From contig CM059432.1 in assembly GCA_030390025.1 (NCBI GenBank), positions 54,686,001 through 54,750,000 of the forward strand: DNA of 64,000 nt, written 5' to 3'. The translations under genes and the position numbers were made by a program. The notes under the pieces were generated by a model. That model worked only from the letters and a program-made list of their open reading frames with translations. It had not been told where the DNA came from and did not search any database. The DNA comes from Squalus acanthias. Taxonomy: Eukaryota. Position 1 is the stretch's first letter, and each line of letters begins with the position of its first letter. This document shows, one piece after another, positions 12,236 to 24,614 of the stretch.

Positions 12236-13109
12236 ATTACAAACAGTGCAGGATAGCAAATTAATGGGGAAACAGAGTCTGTTAAACAACGCAGATGATC
12301 TGCATTTTTCTCTTATAGTATAACAGAGCTACACCTTTACAAAGTGGATATAGTCTAGTAGAATTTCTGATGGATATGACATTGAGAGCAATTTTGCCAA
12401 TTTACCAACAAATTCTCAAATGGCCAGATTTGAAAGCAGTAAGAGTGAAACACAGAACAATCAAAACAAAACAACTTGGTATAACACTCAACACCTAAAT
12501 AAAGTATTGAACACTTAACAATTGGCTACATCTGGAGCCAAGATGCATAATCCAGGGGTACAATGGTTGCAAAGTTAAAGACAATGGGGTCTCACCCTGC
12601 CAGTGGCTCAGGTGGAACTCTGGCAAAACATGCACCGCCTCATATCTACTGCAACCTAACAGGACACTCAAGAAGATGAATCAAACTGAGAAATCAGAAA
12701 TTCAGCAAAATTATCTGCGACTGAAGCACGGGCTACAGAAGCAATAGGTACTCAACTGTTAACCAAAGGGAATCAGGATATTATTCAAGATCTTTGAAAA
12801 CTGCCATCTACGAGAGAAAAATAAAGTTATTTTTTTCCAGTAAACCTGTAGAGGGGAATGTAATGTTAGCTATCACTTTAAGAACACGTATGAACACTTT
12901 GTGAACTTGGCAGATGTATATATTTATTTTCCTTCATTGTTGAAGTCTGTTGCTTTTGTCAATGGAATATTTTCATATAACTGCACTGGTTTCTACTTCA
13001 GGAAGAAAACCAGGCTGACCCACCTAATTGAGAGCAAGATGTGGCAGATAAATCTAAGTGAAGTCTTCAATGGCAACGTGTTCTTCTAGACATTAATACG
13101 TCAACTGGC

Positions 13110-13815
13110 TGAGTATTGAAAATATAAAGGGGAAGCAAAAAGATCTGAAAGACTAAGAGGGGGTTATGAGAAAAGACTGGCAAGTAACTTAAAGGAAAAC
13201 AGTAAAGGATATTAAAAGCATATAAAAAGTAAAGGAATAGCTAAAGAAAGAGTAGAGCTGATTAGAAATGAAAAGTTAAATTTTCTTATGGAGAATGAAA
13301 GAATGGCAGAGATACAAAATGAGTATTTTACTTTTCGCAGAAGAATGCAGTCATGGGAATGAAAGCATACAAGAGGAACAAGTGGAGCAATTAGATAGGA
13401 TGACTATAGATAAGGAGAACTGAAAAGGTTGGTGGAACTCAAAGTGCTAAAGGCACCATGCCCGGATGTCATATATCCTATAATATTAACAGGTCAGAAA
13501 GAAAATAGCAGAGGCTCTGATCACAATCTTTCAACCATCCTTGAATTTGGAAGTTGTGCCAGAGGACTGGATGTTTGCCAATATATAACCTCTATAATTG
13601 TTGGGAAAGGAATGTCCTACCAAAAAGAGTGATGGAAGCAGAACCCATGCTAGCTTTTAAAATGGAAGTGGATAAATATTTGAAAATGAAAATTTTAACA
13701 AGGTATGAGGAAAGGACAGATGAATGGGATTGAATGAATAGCTCTTTCAGAGAACCAACACTGGCATGATGGGCCTAATGGCCTCCTTCTGTACTGTAAA
13801 GTTCTATGATTCTAT
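13110..13815 (+). mobile_element. Highly degenerate, internally deleted CR1
   Basis: Remnant of the K(S/A)PGPD-type motif (aaggcaccatgcccggatg), joined to a CR1 3' UTR (gggcctaatggcctccttct...ttctatgattctatg). Confidence 0.7.
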
Positions 13816-15019
13816 GGAGCAAGCTATATGTTACAATCCACTTCTGGTTATTTTTGTTTTGGTCTCAGTGTGGGCAAATTAACTGTTATTATTTTTTTTA
13901 TCCTGTGCCTATTTTAAATATCTTCACAGATGCCAGAAGGATGAGATTTCTCAAGCAGAGTGAGACAGAGTATAATAAGAGAATCCTCTAGATATGAAAG
14001 TTTTGGTAAGCCTTTTTCTGGTTAATGAACACAATGATGTAAATTGAATCAGAATGGATCATTGTATTACATGATATCATGAAACCTAAAATTATATCCT
14101 CCCCATTAGTAAAAGTTTTGCTGAATAGTTTTCATGAAAATTTAAACATCTCAACATTAATTTGCTTTTAGCACACTGATTTTATGTCAAATAAGGTTCA
14201 CTTTTGATACATTGATAGGCCTGTGGAACTTTATTCAGTGCAATTTCCATGAGATCATCTGCATTGCAACCAATGCACTACTGAGTGGCCAATCACCATA
14301 CGGTCAAAAGTATATAAAAGAGAGAGAAAACAAGCCAGTGATCTTTGTTTCCTGACTGCCTTTTCTGGCCTTAATAACATGGCCTCTCTACATGACAGGA
14401 GCTAGGATTAGCAAGTGCCTGCCAATCTACAGAAACTTCCCTCAAAAAAATAGCCTCTGATTGACTTCAGGTTGTTCGTATTTAGACCTCTTACCCACAG
14501 GAAGTACCTGAGCAATTACCTTAAAGAAGCAGGCCAGGTTAAGCGCAGGTCCATTTTAGCAGCTAAATATCACAACCCTGCCATGGGAAATCAGTTGGTA
14601 TTTGAATGATAATCCTGAAGGTAGGTGTGGGGCGAGCGCTTGTTTACTGTTGGAGCTATTGGTATTCTGGCCTTCGTACCATGAACCTCAGTAATTTTCA
14701 GTATCTCTAAAGAAATACTGGCCACAGAGGTTCTACCATTCTCTTACTGTGACTCCAATGGAAAACCAACAGAACCCACAGAGAAACAGCATAAATGGCT
14801 AAAAACTGAGTTCTGGCAGGAATCTTATAGAAGCCCCAATCAGATTTCATGGACACTGTATCCCAGTTCCTTTTTATATATATTCTTGATGAATGCGACT
14901 ATTTTGATTTCAAGAAGAGCAAACCAATTACTTGATTTCAAATTGAATACTTTGTCAGGTGAAATGATGTGAGAAAAGGATAAAACACACTTTTGCATGC
15001 TTGCTCTCAAACGAGACTG

Positions 15020-15490
15020 GTCTCTCATATTGGAAGACTAAGTTATGATGAGAAACGTGGGTTCTTTAAAAGGCAACCACTGAGAGGGGAACCTTGCAGA
15101 GGTATATGATAGTAAACGGTACAGAAAAGTTAAATCAGGAACATTACTTCATCATAAATGTTAACAGTAGGACAATCAGGCACAGGTTCAAACTGGTGAA
15201 AGTCAACTTTAGGATTAATATCATAGAATTACATTGAATTTACAGCACAGGAACAGGCCATTCAGCCCAAATGGTCTATGCCAGTGTTTATGCTCCACAC
15301 GAGCCTTTTCCCACCTGACTTCATCCAACCCTATCTGCTTCTTCATTCAGCGAATAATTAATTGTGGAATGGACTTTTGGGTAGGATAGTGGAGGCAAAA
15401 ACCAGTTGAAAGTTGAATGCTATGATAGGAGATTATAGGTTTTTCTAGATGGATCAGCTAAGATGAGCCAAGTGGCCTTCTACACCTTTA
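15020..15490. mobile_element. Degenerate CR1 3' remnants (plus-strand piece with a minus-strand tail inserted)
   Basis: Resembles the CR1 ORF2 C-terminus. catagaatt...acagcacaggaacaggccattcagccc at ~15222-15335 matches the minus-strand tails at 6287 and 35441. Confidence 0.55.
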
Positions 15491-16224
15491 TTTATCGTGA
15501 CCTTTAAGAACGTACTTCTAATAATGCTACTGAGGCAACTGCTAATCTGCTAGCCATCCATTTAATGACTTTGAACCTGTAAGTGTTGGGTAATTCTGTG
15601 CAGTGTGCATTCTTCTAGTGCTTTTTGTTCTGATTGACAGAGGTAAAAGTTTGGGAAACTCAAGTACCCAGAAGGCTTGCGTTACCCTATCCCTATGATG
15701 CTAACTATTCTGCTTTTTACTTATAAAAATTAGAAGCCTCTATTGAAATAATTATTTGTGGGAGAACTCCTTGCTGTCTTTTTCAAACAGCTTATCACCA
15801 ACTAAAAAATACATATGCACTGACTCGATGAACAGGTCTGTCATTTTTGAAAACCAGAAGGATGAAATCATACAACAAGCCTTAACAAAAGTAAAAAAAT
15901 TTACAACTTCATGCTCAGGAAGTGCAATGAAGTATTTTAAAGTGGTAAAACTACAAATGCTGGAAATCTGAAATAAAAGCAGAAAATGCTGGAATTACAG
16001 ATACACAGTCCATCAGCATTTCAGTGCAGTGCCAGGATAGCTTCAAGAACAGCACAGAGAGACACCAGGGATAGGCTTGGTGGTAAAAAGAAGCACTTGC
16101 TATAAATATATATGTGCACAGTAAAACCACTTTCTCATAATATTTCAAGTGCCCTGAAATTAGTCTGTTCTTTGTTTTTTGTGTTTCAGAAGATGTTTGG
16201 AGGTCAGTTTGCAATGGGAGACAC

Positions 16225-17208
16225 GGAGTGAAATTGATCTTCAGCAAAAGCACAAAACGGATGATCACAAATCGGTAGGTGTTTGATAAAGTGCCAAATA
16301 ATAGGCTTGCCAGCAAAGTTGAAGCCAATGGAATAAAAGGGACAGTGGCAGCATGGATATGAAATTGGCTAAATGACAGGAAACAGAGTAGTGGTTGTTT
16401 TTCGGACTGAAGGAAGGTATACAGTGGTGTTCCCCAGGGGTCGGTACTAGGACCACTGCTTTTCTTGATATATATTAATGACTTGGACTTGGGTGTACAG
16501 GGCACAAAACTTGGAAGTACAGTGAACAGTGAGGAGGATAGTTATAGACTTCAAGAGGACATAGACAGGCTGATGAAATGGGCGGACACGTGGCAGATGA
16601 AATTTAATGCAGAGAAGTGCGAAGTGGTACATTTTGGGAGGAAGAATGAGGAGAGGCAATATAAACTAAAGGGTACAATTCTAAAGGGGGTGCATGAACA
16701 GAGAGACCTGGGGGTATATGTGCACAAATCATTGAAGGTGGCAGGGCAGGTTGAGAAATCAGTTAAAAATCATGAGGGGTCTCGACAGAATAAATAGAAA
16801 CTTTTCCCATTGGCAGAAGGGTCGAGGACCAGAGGACACAGATTTAAGGTGATTGGCAGAAGAACCAAAGGTGACATGAGGAAAAACTTTTTTACACAGC
16901 GAGTGGTTATGATCTGGAATGCACTGTCTGAAAGGGTGGTGGAGGCAGATTCAATCATAGCTTTCAAAAGCGAATTGGATACGTACCTGAAGAAAAAAAA
17001 TGTGCAGGGCTCCGGGGAAAGGGCGCGGGAGTGGGACTAGCTGAAGCACTCTTGCAGAGAGCTGGCATGGGCTCGACAGGCTGAATGGCCTCCTTCTGTT
17101 CTATGATTCTATGATTCTACACCATGCAGGATTTTCTTTTCCATTGAAGTCAAAGCTACCGATTCATTATCGCCCATTTTACACTTTTGCAAAGACCAAT
17201 TTCACCCC
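16225..17208. mobile_element. Palindromic Harbinger-type MITE split by a CR1 insertion
   Basis: 16225-16278 (ggagtgaaattgatcttcagcaaaagc...aatcggtag) aligns with the reverse complement of 17156-17208 (ggggtgaaattggtctttgcaaaagt...aatcggtag). Flanks are CAC/CAG. Confidence 0.7.
16279..17120 (+). mobile_element. CR1 LINE 3' fragment with internal deletions
   Basis: [33 protein letters not shown] and RKNFFTQRVV motifs, then a (TTCTATGA)n tail. Confidence 0.92.
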
Positions 17209-17903
17209 CAGAATTCCTTCTATACCTCATTACTAAACTCTTCTGAGACATCAAGGGAGCAGCGTGGTCTGTAGATTGTGGTGGAATGGTTCCTCCTAGT
17301 TAATCTTTTTCTCCTTTGGTGTAGCCTTATCCTGCATCCCCCTGGCATTTCCTCTTCCTCCAGCTCCTATTCTGCCATCTATACAAGGACATATATGGGA
17401 ACACCCACAGTGAACCTTATGGTGAGGCTCCTTGACAGAAGGGTGAGAAACAAAAGGCTTCCCTGTCTGAAGCTGCAGAAAGGCAGCATGCAGAATTATT
17501 TCTTAATCAGCACAGCTCAGAAAAGATTTTTGTAATCACGTCACAAAGTTTGTGAACATTCAAAGCCTGTGAACTCAACCACTTCCTGGTTTAGCATGTC
17601 ATGCTTGTTACCTTCCTTAGGGAGCAGGCGCATCTTCCGTCAGCAGTCACTTCTACTGAAATTTGGCATGTATTTCAGAACGGATGTAACACTAGCATTT
17701 CTGACTTACATCCCGAATTCCAGTCCCCTACTTTTGCACCAAACAAATAAGTTGATTTGCCAGAATCCCTTAATACAAATTGGTTTACTTAGCCAACCTG
17801 CCCTTTGACACTTTAGCTAACTGATTTTGGTTGGCCATGCGCCAATGGGAATACAACTGAGATCCACCATGTGGATGATTTTGTGCATTGTTATCCAGTA
17901 TTA

Positions 17904-18505
17904 GGGGTAGAGTTTGCCCTTTGGGCGCATCCCAATCTGGGCGCAAATTGTGTTTGAAATTGTGCTGTTTTCCGAGGTGAAGTTATGGTTCAACTTTCCA
18001 CCCATAATCACAAACGTAAAATCTTCCATGAACTAGCGCAATCAGGCAGCGTAATAGAACGTAATCATTTTTTTTTCTTGCATTAAAAATATTCTTTGAT
18101 GTTTTTAAGAGTGGTAACCTGGTGCAGTTTTATTAATAAAGCTGAAAATGGTTTTAAAAAAAACTATACTGAACCATTTGCTAGTTTCATTGGTGTACAC
18201 TGTTCAGTTTCTCAGTAAATTTAAAATGTGCTTACTCATGCCTTTGCACCTAAAAAATGAGCTTTATTGGAAGCGCCTCCACGAATGGTCGCAAATAGGC
18301 GCAATCGGCAGAAACTCGCCATGCTCATTATTTCAATCTGAGGACGTGGCCAGTTTTGTGGGCGGGCCCGTCTTCCATGCAACATTTTTTAAACCATCGT
18401 TAAAGATTGTGGAAATTCGATTTACCCGCAACGTAACTTGCACTTAAATTTCCGTGATCTTTTACACTGGTTTGGTCGATTTCAGGTGGATTGCAGAACC
18501 TCTAG
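17904..18505. mobile_element. Possible old Harbinger-type MITE
   Basis: TTA followed by GGGGTAGAGTTTG, with GGCGC-rich subterminal motifs like the other MITEs. The right end is uncertain. Confidence 0.4.
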
Positions 18506-19296
18506 GTCATAGTCTACAAACATTTCAATGCAGTGATAGAACATGAAGCTTGAGACAAAACAGTTGATGCCGAGTTTTGGGATAAAAAAAGATTTGGTCA
18601 TTAAAGCCTGTGAGTGCAGCCAGCACTGAGTGCAGTGAGCACAGAGTGAACAACTGGGAGTTTGGTAAGTGTGGGAGTTTTAAGGGTTAATCTCTTTTAA
18701 AATCTAGTGTTAATTGCTAGTAGCTCTTAAGTAAGATCAACTGTTTAAGTTAAAATTTAAACTTTAAATTTTTAAGTTTCTTCAGGCTTAAGCAGAGACA
18801 AGCAAGCTCGGCTGCTGGAGAGCTGCTGTGGTTAGTTAATTAGCCAGCTAGAATAAACTGGTTCCTGAAACAGTAGCAGAGCAGTGCTAACTCATCTGAG
18901 TTACAAACAGTATAAACACAGGAGCCTGTGAGTGCAGCGAGCACAGAGTGAACAACTGGGAGTTTGGTAAGTATGGGAGTTCGGTGAAGTGGGGGAAGGA
19001 GGTGCTTGCTTTTCCTAACTTCTCCCGCAGAGCGGCAGCAGACCTGAGTGGGAGCACACCGAGGCCCGAGAGCAGGGATAAGAGCAGCAGCAGACCTGCA
19101 TCAACAAGAGAAAACGGCAGTGTGATGTCACAGGTAAGGCAGGTAAATGATTGGTAGTGACTGTGGGCTAAGTTTTAAGTTAACATATGACATATAACAA
19201 AATTTTAAAAACTAAACTTAATTTAATTAATTTAATAAACTAAATGAGGTAAATAATTTGACTAACACTAAACTAATTAACTAAATAAATCAAATA

Positions 19297-20249
19297 ATGG
19301 GAGAACAGGAGATGTGTTGCTGCTGCAATATGTGAGAGCTTGTGGACATTTTTGTCCAGGGCGACTACATCTGCGGTAAGTGTCTGCAACTCGAGGAACT
19401 TCGGCTCCGAGTTCAGGAGCTGGAGTCTGAGCTGCAGACATTGCGAGACATCAGGGAGGGAGAAAGTTACCTGGACCTTTTGCGCCAGGAGGCAACCACA
19501 CCCCTTAGATTAAATACTTTAGAATTGACACGTGGTCAGGGACAGGAGGGTGTGACTGCGAGTGAGGCAGGTACGGGGATCCAGGAGGTAGTATTGCAGG
19601 AGCCTCAGTCCCTGCACTTGTCCAATAGATTCGAGGTTCTTGCAACCCTTGTGGACAAGTGCGGGGACTGTGGGGAGGACGAGTAAACTGACCACAGCAC
19701 CATGGTACAGGAAGCCGTTCAAGTGGGGGGAGTAAAAAGGAAGGTGGTTGTAGTAGGCGACAGTATAGTTCGGGGGATAGACACTACTCTCTGCAGCCAG
19801 GAGCGTGAGTCCCGAAGGCTATGTTGCCTACCCGGTGCCAGGGTAAAAGACATCCCCTCTAGGCTGGAGAAGAACATGGAGTGGGAGGGGGAGGATCTAG
19901 TTGTCGTGGTCCACGTAGGTACCAACGACATAGGTAGGACAAAGAAGGAGGTTCTGCTGAGAGAGTTTAAGCAGCTGGGACTAAATTAAAAATCAGAACC
20001 ATAAAGGTCATAATCTCTGTATTATTACTAGAGCCACGACCAAATTGGCATAGGGTCAATAGGATCAGGGAGATGAATGCGTGGCTTAAAGATTGGTGTG
20101 GGAGAAGTGGATTTCAATTTGTGGGGCACTGGCAGCAGTACTGGGGACAGAGAGAGCTGTTCCGTTGGGACGGACTACACCTGAACCATGCTGGGACCAG
20201 AATTCTAGTGAATCGAATAACTAGGTAGGTAGATAGGGCTTTAAACTAA
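19297..20249 (+). pseudogene. CR1 ORF1p (zinc finger/leucine zipper + SGNH/GDSL esterase), disrupted
   Basis: YICGKCLQLEELRLRVQELESEL, followed by SGNH blocks VVVGDSIVRG, VHVGTNDIG and DGLHLN. Contains in-frame stops and a frameshift. Confidence 0.88.
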
Positions 20250-20781
20250 ATAAGGTGGGTGAGGGTCCCGGTGGAGAGAAATCTAGAATGCTAAAGAGAA
20301 AAGACAAGGAAGCAGTGCAGGAAAGTTATTGGGGTAAGGATAACCAGATTGTGCCAGGAAGAGACAAAGGAGTGCACTAACAAATAGGGTCCAGGTAAGA
20401 AAAAATGGTAATAAGACAAATAGGGGGAAAAATTAGGTCGCGCCCCGTTTGGGGCGCAAATATCGTCTGGACGCAAATATTAGCGCCTGGCGCTAATTAT
20501 CGCCACTGACTGGAAACTTCACTTTTACCGCCCCGGGAGGTGAGTGGAGCGCTAAATCAGGCGCTGCACACCTGTCTTAAGGCGCAAAGGCCGAGCAGTG
20601 AGGCGCTAACTCAGCGCGCGAGCACAGCGCAGGTGCTGCCAGTTAGCGAGGGAACACAGACACACTGGCGCCGGCCAGTTCTTAAAGCGGTGGGGGCCAA
20701 CTTGCTCCCCAGCCACACCCTGCTCATTGCAGCCTTGAATCTCGGCCTGGAGAGACCTGTGAATCCATTTTGCTGCCAAGG

Positions 20782-22601
20782 ATGGAGAGGGTGAGAGAAC
20801 GAGCTCAGCGCTTCACCGAGCGGGCCTTGGATGCTCTGGTTGGCGCGGTGCAGCGCAGAAGATGTATACTCTTCCCTGAGAGTGGCAGGAGGCCTTTGCC
20901 ACACGAGTACAGAAGAGTGTGGAGGGAGGTGGCTCAGAGCGTCTCCTCCAGGAGCATGGTGCCCAGGACCCATGTTCAATGCCGCAAAAAGTTCAACGAC
21001 CTCACTCGGGTCGTCAGGGTGAGTGGCTTTTTCTCAATACCTCTCCATCCCTCCATCTCAACCTCACTCTATGGCCAGAGGGTCTTAAAACCCCAATGCA
21101 CAACACTCATCCAACACCTATGGCCCTTTCATGAAACACACACACACATTCCACACTTTGCATACAGTAAGGGCTATTCACCTATGGGAGGCACATCAGG
21201 CAAGACCATGGCTGCATACAGTAAGGGCTATTCACCTATGGGAGGCACATCAGGCAAGACCATGGCTGTATATTTACTCAGATGCTGTCCTTTTTCTTGC
21301 AGGCCAAGCTGGCACATAATAGGAGACAGCAGCAACGGACAGGTGGAGGGCGGCCTCAGCTGCAACCCCTCAGCGATCTTGAGGAGCGCGTCCACAGGAT
21401 TGTGGCAAGCCGGGTGATCAGTCCCGTCGCCACTGGAGACGCCGACCCCGTTCTGGACAGCAATGGTAAGGTCATCACCTTTTTGTCCTCTGTCCTTCCA
21501 CTTGTCCCTCACAATACCAGCCTTTGACACTTTCAATCCAACTTGCTAACTCGCTGCACTTATTCCTCCCTTACTGCCACCCTGTCCTCACGCTAAAGCC
21601 ACTCTTGTACCTCCCTGCTTTCAGATGGTGATTCACCAGCTGAGGAGACGGGCCCTGAAGCTGCCAGTGGGAGTGAAGCTGCAGCCGAGGAGGAAGAGGA
21701 AGCCGGAGCATCAGTGCCACCCTCTCCCGAGGAAGCCCATGCCCACACTGGGAACACGCCTTCCCTGGAGGGGAGCAGGGGGGAAGGGTCTGATGAGGGT
21801 GAAGCTCCAGGACCCAGTGGGCTGCAGCAACGCCATGGGGGTAGGGAAGAATGGGGGCCTTGTCCCCAGAGGGAGAGTATGCCAGAGACTCCTACTGCAA
21901 TGGACGCAGAGGAGGAGCGGCTGATCGCAGAAATGAACACCCAGGCGGTGGGCATGCACACTGAGCTCATGGGTGCAGTGGGAAGGGTGCCCGAATGCAT
22001 TGAGTCACTGGCAAGGAGTGTGGAGCACTTCGCTGTAGCACAGGCGGATGCCACACTAATGCTTAGTGCTGCAATTCAGTCACTGACTGCCGTGATCCCA
22101 TCTCTGACTGCTCTCATGCAGACTCAGATTGAGGCCACGCGAGCACTGACTGCTGCCAACCTCGATGGTTCGTTCACATGTCCCCGGGGCTCTCACCGCG
22201 CCGCAGCAGGCCAGCAATCTGTGCTCCAGCAGATTGCTCCGGATGCTGAAGTGCTGCCCCGTGGGAGTGCCAGTGTGTCGGGCGAGCAGGGAGTTGCTGT
22301 CCTCTCTCACGATGACAGCATTCCTGCTGCCAACACTGTCACTTCTCCACTGCACTTGCCACCGCCTGTAGGACAGACTGCTGCCGCCCATGCAGAGTTG
22401 GTGCAGTCTGCAGCCGGGCCCTCCAGGCCCAGAACTGGTCGAGGCCGTCCTTCAGGGGCATCTGCAGTGTCAGGGTCTGACGATCAGCAGCCTTCCACCA
22501 GCCTTGCTGCAGCCACTGAGGTCCCATTACGGAGGAGCAGTAGGGTTAGAAGGGGGGAAGTGCGCAAGGGAAGGAGATCACCCTCGAAGGGCAAAAAGTA
22601 G
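20782..22601 (+). CDS. Harbinger Myb/SANT-like DNA-binding protein, 458 aa; exons 20782-21018, 21303-21465, 21625-22601
   Basis: MERVRERAQRFTERALDALV...VWREVAQSVSSRSMVPRTHVQCRKKFNDL. GT-AG introns have compatible phases (0 then 1). 237+163+977 = 1377 nt with no internal stop. Confidence 0.88.
21159..21268. repeat. Perfect 54-bp tandem duplication in Myb gene intron 1
   Basis: tgcatacagtaagggctattcacctatgggaggcacatcaggcaagaccatggc occurs at 21159 and 21213. Confidence 0.95.
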
Positions 22602-22913
22602 GAGGTGTGACAAAATGCTGGTCATTTTTTTATTAAAGGCCGAGGTTCGTGGTCCAACTTTTGTCTAGTGTTTTGGACATTATCTCTAGGTTGTGAGAAC
22701 CAGTTATGTTAATGACTGTTTTTTTGTGTTTATTTCTATGAGTTTGTCATGAGGAAATGACACACACAGAGTTTGTAAAATAAATAAGTTTTTGTATTCA
22801 AAATATACATGTTTGGTGTTTGGAATCATTGGTGCCTTGGCCGGCTTAGGGGTTGCGTGCTGGGTTCATTGATGTTGTTAGCAATGGCAGAAGCCATTTC
22901 CACAGCAGGGGCC

Positions 22914-24074
22914 CTAGAAGCGGCTTGCTATCAACCGTTGACGGACGGCCCTTGCAGTTTCACCATTGTGGGCCGCCCTCCCGCCTTGGTGCTGCTGATG
23001 ATCATCCTCCTCGTCCTCTTCCTCCTCTTCCTCCTCCTCCTCTGGTGGTGCTCCAAGGCCTGTTGGCATTGGCTGGGTCCTGACGATTGCCATGTTATGC
23101 AACACGCAGCACACAACTACGAAGTTGGATACTCGCTCAGGCGAGTACTGCAGGGCTCCTCCAGAATGGTCGAGACAGCGGAACCATTGCTTCAGCACGC
23201 CGATTGTGTGCTCAATGATGTTCCTGGTAGCTTGATGGCTCTCGTTGTACCGCAGCTCAGCAGGGGTGTTGGGCGTACGGAGCGGTGTCATCAGCCAGGT
23301 GCTCAATGGATACCCCTTGTCCCCGAGAAGCCAACCAACTGGCTGATGCGATGCCTTGAAAAGTTCTGCCACAGTAGTCTGGCGCAGGATGAAAGCATCG
23401 TGGCAGCTGCCAGGATAGTGGGCATTGACAGCGAGTATCAGCTGTCTGTGGTCACAGACCAACTGAACATTCAAGGAATGGAACCCCTTTCTGTTCCAGA
23501 ATTCCTCGGCATTCTCATGTGGAGCACGCAAAGCCACATGCGTGCAGTCAATGGCGCCCTGCACCATGGGGAAGCCCGCTATCCTCGCAAAGCCCAGAGC
23601 GCGGTCACGCTGCTTGTCTGGGGTCATGGGGAAAGAGATGAACTCTCGTCTCCTTTTAAAGAGGGCATTTGTGACCTGCCGGATGCAGCAATGCACCGCG
23701 AACTGGGAGATATTGGCGAGGTCCCCAGCAGCAGCTTGAAATGAGCCAGTAGCATAGAAGTTGAGAGCCACTGTGACCTTCACTGCCACCGACAGAGACG
23801 TCCTGGACCTCAGTTGAGGCTGCAGATCTGGCTGCAGCAGGTGGCAGAGCTCAGTGACCACCTCCTTGCTGAATCGCAGCCTTCGCAAACACAGCTCCTC
23901 AGACATATGAATGTAGGAGAGCTGTTCACGATATACCCTGGGAGGGTAAGCTCTCCTGTACATACGCCTGTTGGCCCTCCTCCGTCTGGCCATCATTGCC
24001 ACTCTCTCTCTGCGTCTCTGTGTCCTCCGATTCAGCTGGAGCAGGACGACGCCCCCAATCAGTGCAGCCCCCAT
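22914..24074 (-). CDS. Harbinger DDE transposase (HARBI1-like, DDE_Tnp_4 family), 386 aa from the first ATG
   Basis: Uninterrupted ORF with catalytic motifs GAIDCTHV, LLGDKGYP and RNIIEHTIGVLK, plus NRKGFHSLNVQLVCD, YPGSCHDAFI, an HTH region (ALNFYATGSFQ) and an acidic C-terminal tail. Confidence 0.96.
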   Translation of the reverse strand: MGAALIGGVVLLQLNRRTQRRRERVAMMARRRRANRRMYRRAYPPRVYREQLSYIHMSEELCLRRLRFSKEVVTELCHLLQPDLQPQLRSRTSLSVAVKVTVALNFYATGSFQAAAGDLANISQFAVHCCIRQVTNALFKRRREFISFPMTPDKQRDRALGFARIAGFPMVQGAIDCTHVALRAPHENAEEFWNRKGFHSLNVQLVCDHRQLILAVNAHYPGSCHDAFILRQTTVAELFKASHQPVGWLLGDKGYPLSTWLMTPLRTPNTPAELRYNESHQATRNIIEHTIGVLKQWFRCLDHSGGALQYSPERVSNFVVVCCVLHNMAIVRTQPMPTGLGAPPEEEEEEEEEDEEDDHQQHQGGRAAHNGETARAVRQRLIASRF

Positions 24075-24614
24075 AGTCTCTTTGCAAGCAAAGTTATGAA
24101 GGACAGCAACCAAAGTAGCAGCGAAGTTAGGATCAGTAGGCAAAACTACCTCACAAAGCGTTGACTCAATGCAGAAGTCTCTCTTTCTCTCTCTCCGAAT
24201 CTCTCTCTCTCTCTCAGAACGAGTGGTGCAAAAATGTCAACCACAGAAAAAGACAGGAAGAGGCCCCCTTTAAATAGCGCCCCCCCCAGCCCCACAGCGA
24301 TTGATAGCGTTCCAGTCTTCCGGTCGTTGGATGCGCCAGGCGGTAAGGCAGGGGGCGCCACTCAATTTCCGCTCCGGGGCGCCACAAGGGCGTTGCACCA
24401 TGGAATGACGTCACAATCTGCGCGCGCAGGTGGTCGCGGCGGTAAGGTTTAGCGCCGCCGCACAATGTCTAGTTAAGTTCCCGAGCGGCGCAAACATCGC
24501 TGCGCCCGGGCGCTAGCGGCTTTGCGCCCCATTAGCGCCCTCTTAAGGCGCTAACGGGAGGCGCAACCAACTGAATTTTTACCCCATAGAGCCATAGTAC
24601 AAAAAAATGTTAAA

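Larger units (their letters stand above)
20423..24585. mobile_element. Autonomous-type PIF/Harbinger DNA transposon (4163 bp) with two convergent genes
   Basis: TIRs GGGGGAAAAATTAGGT / AACTGAATTTTTACCCC. TSD ATA at 20420-20422 and 24586-24588. The Myb gene (+) and the DDE transposase (-) both have open frames. Confidence 0.96.

Noticed and set aside
20770..21417. 215-aa single-exon Myb protein with an internal peptide repeat
   Set aside because: It reads through a strong donor (AGG|GTGAGT at 21018) into intron 1. The repeat is the intronic 54-bp duplication.
22809..23744. 311-aa plus-strand ORF
   Set aside because: It is the antisense shadow of the transposase. The Leu-rich stretch is the reverse of the (GAG)n Glu tract.
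22914..24143. Host HARBI1 gene
   Set aside because: It lies within TIRs and a TSD with a partner Myb gene, inserted in a LINE, so it is a transposon gene and not the domesticated locus. The first 23 codons of the listed ORF start from TTG, not ATG.
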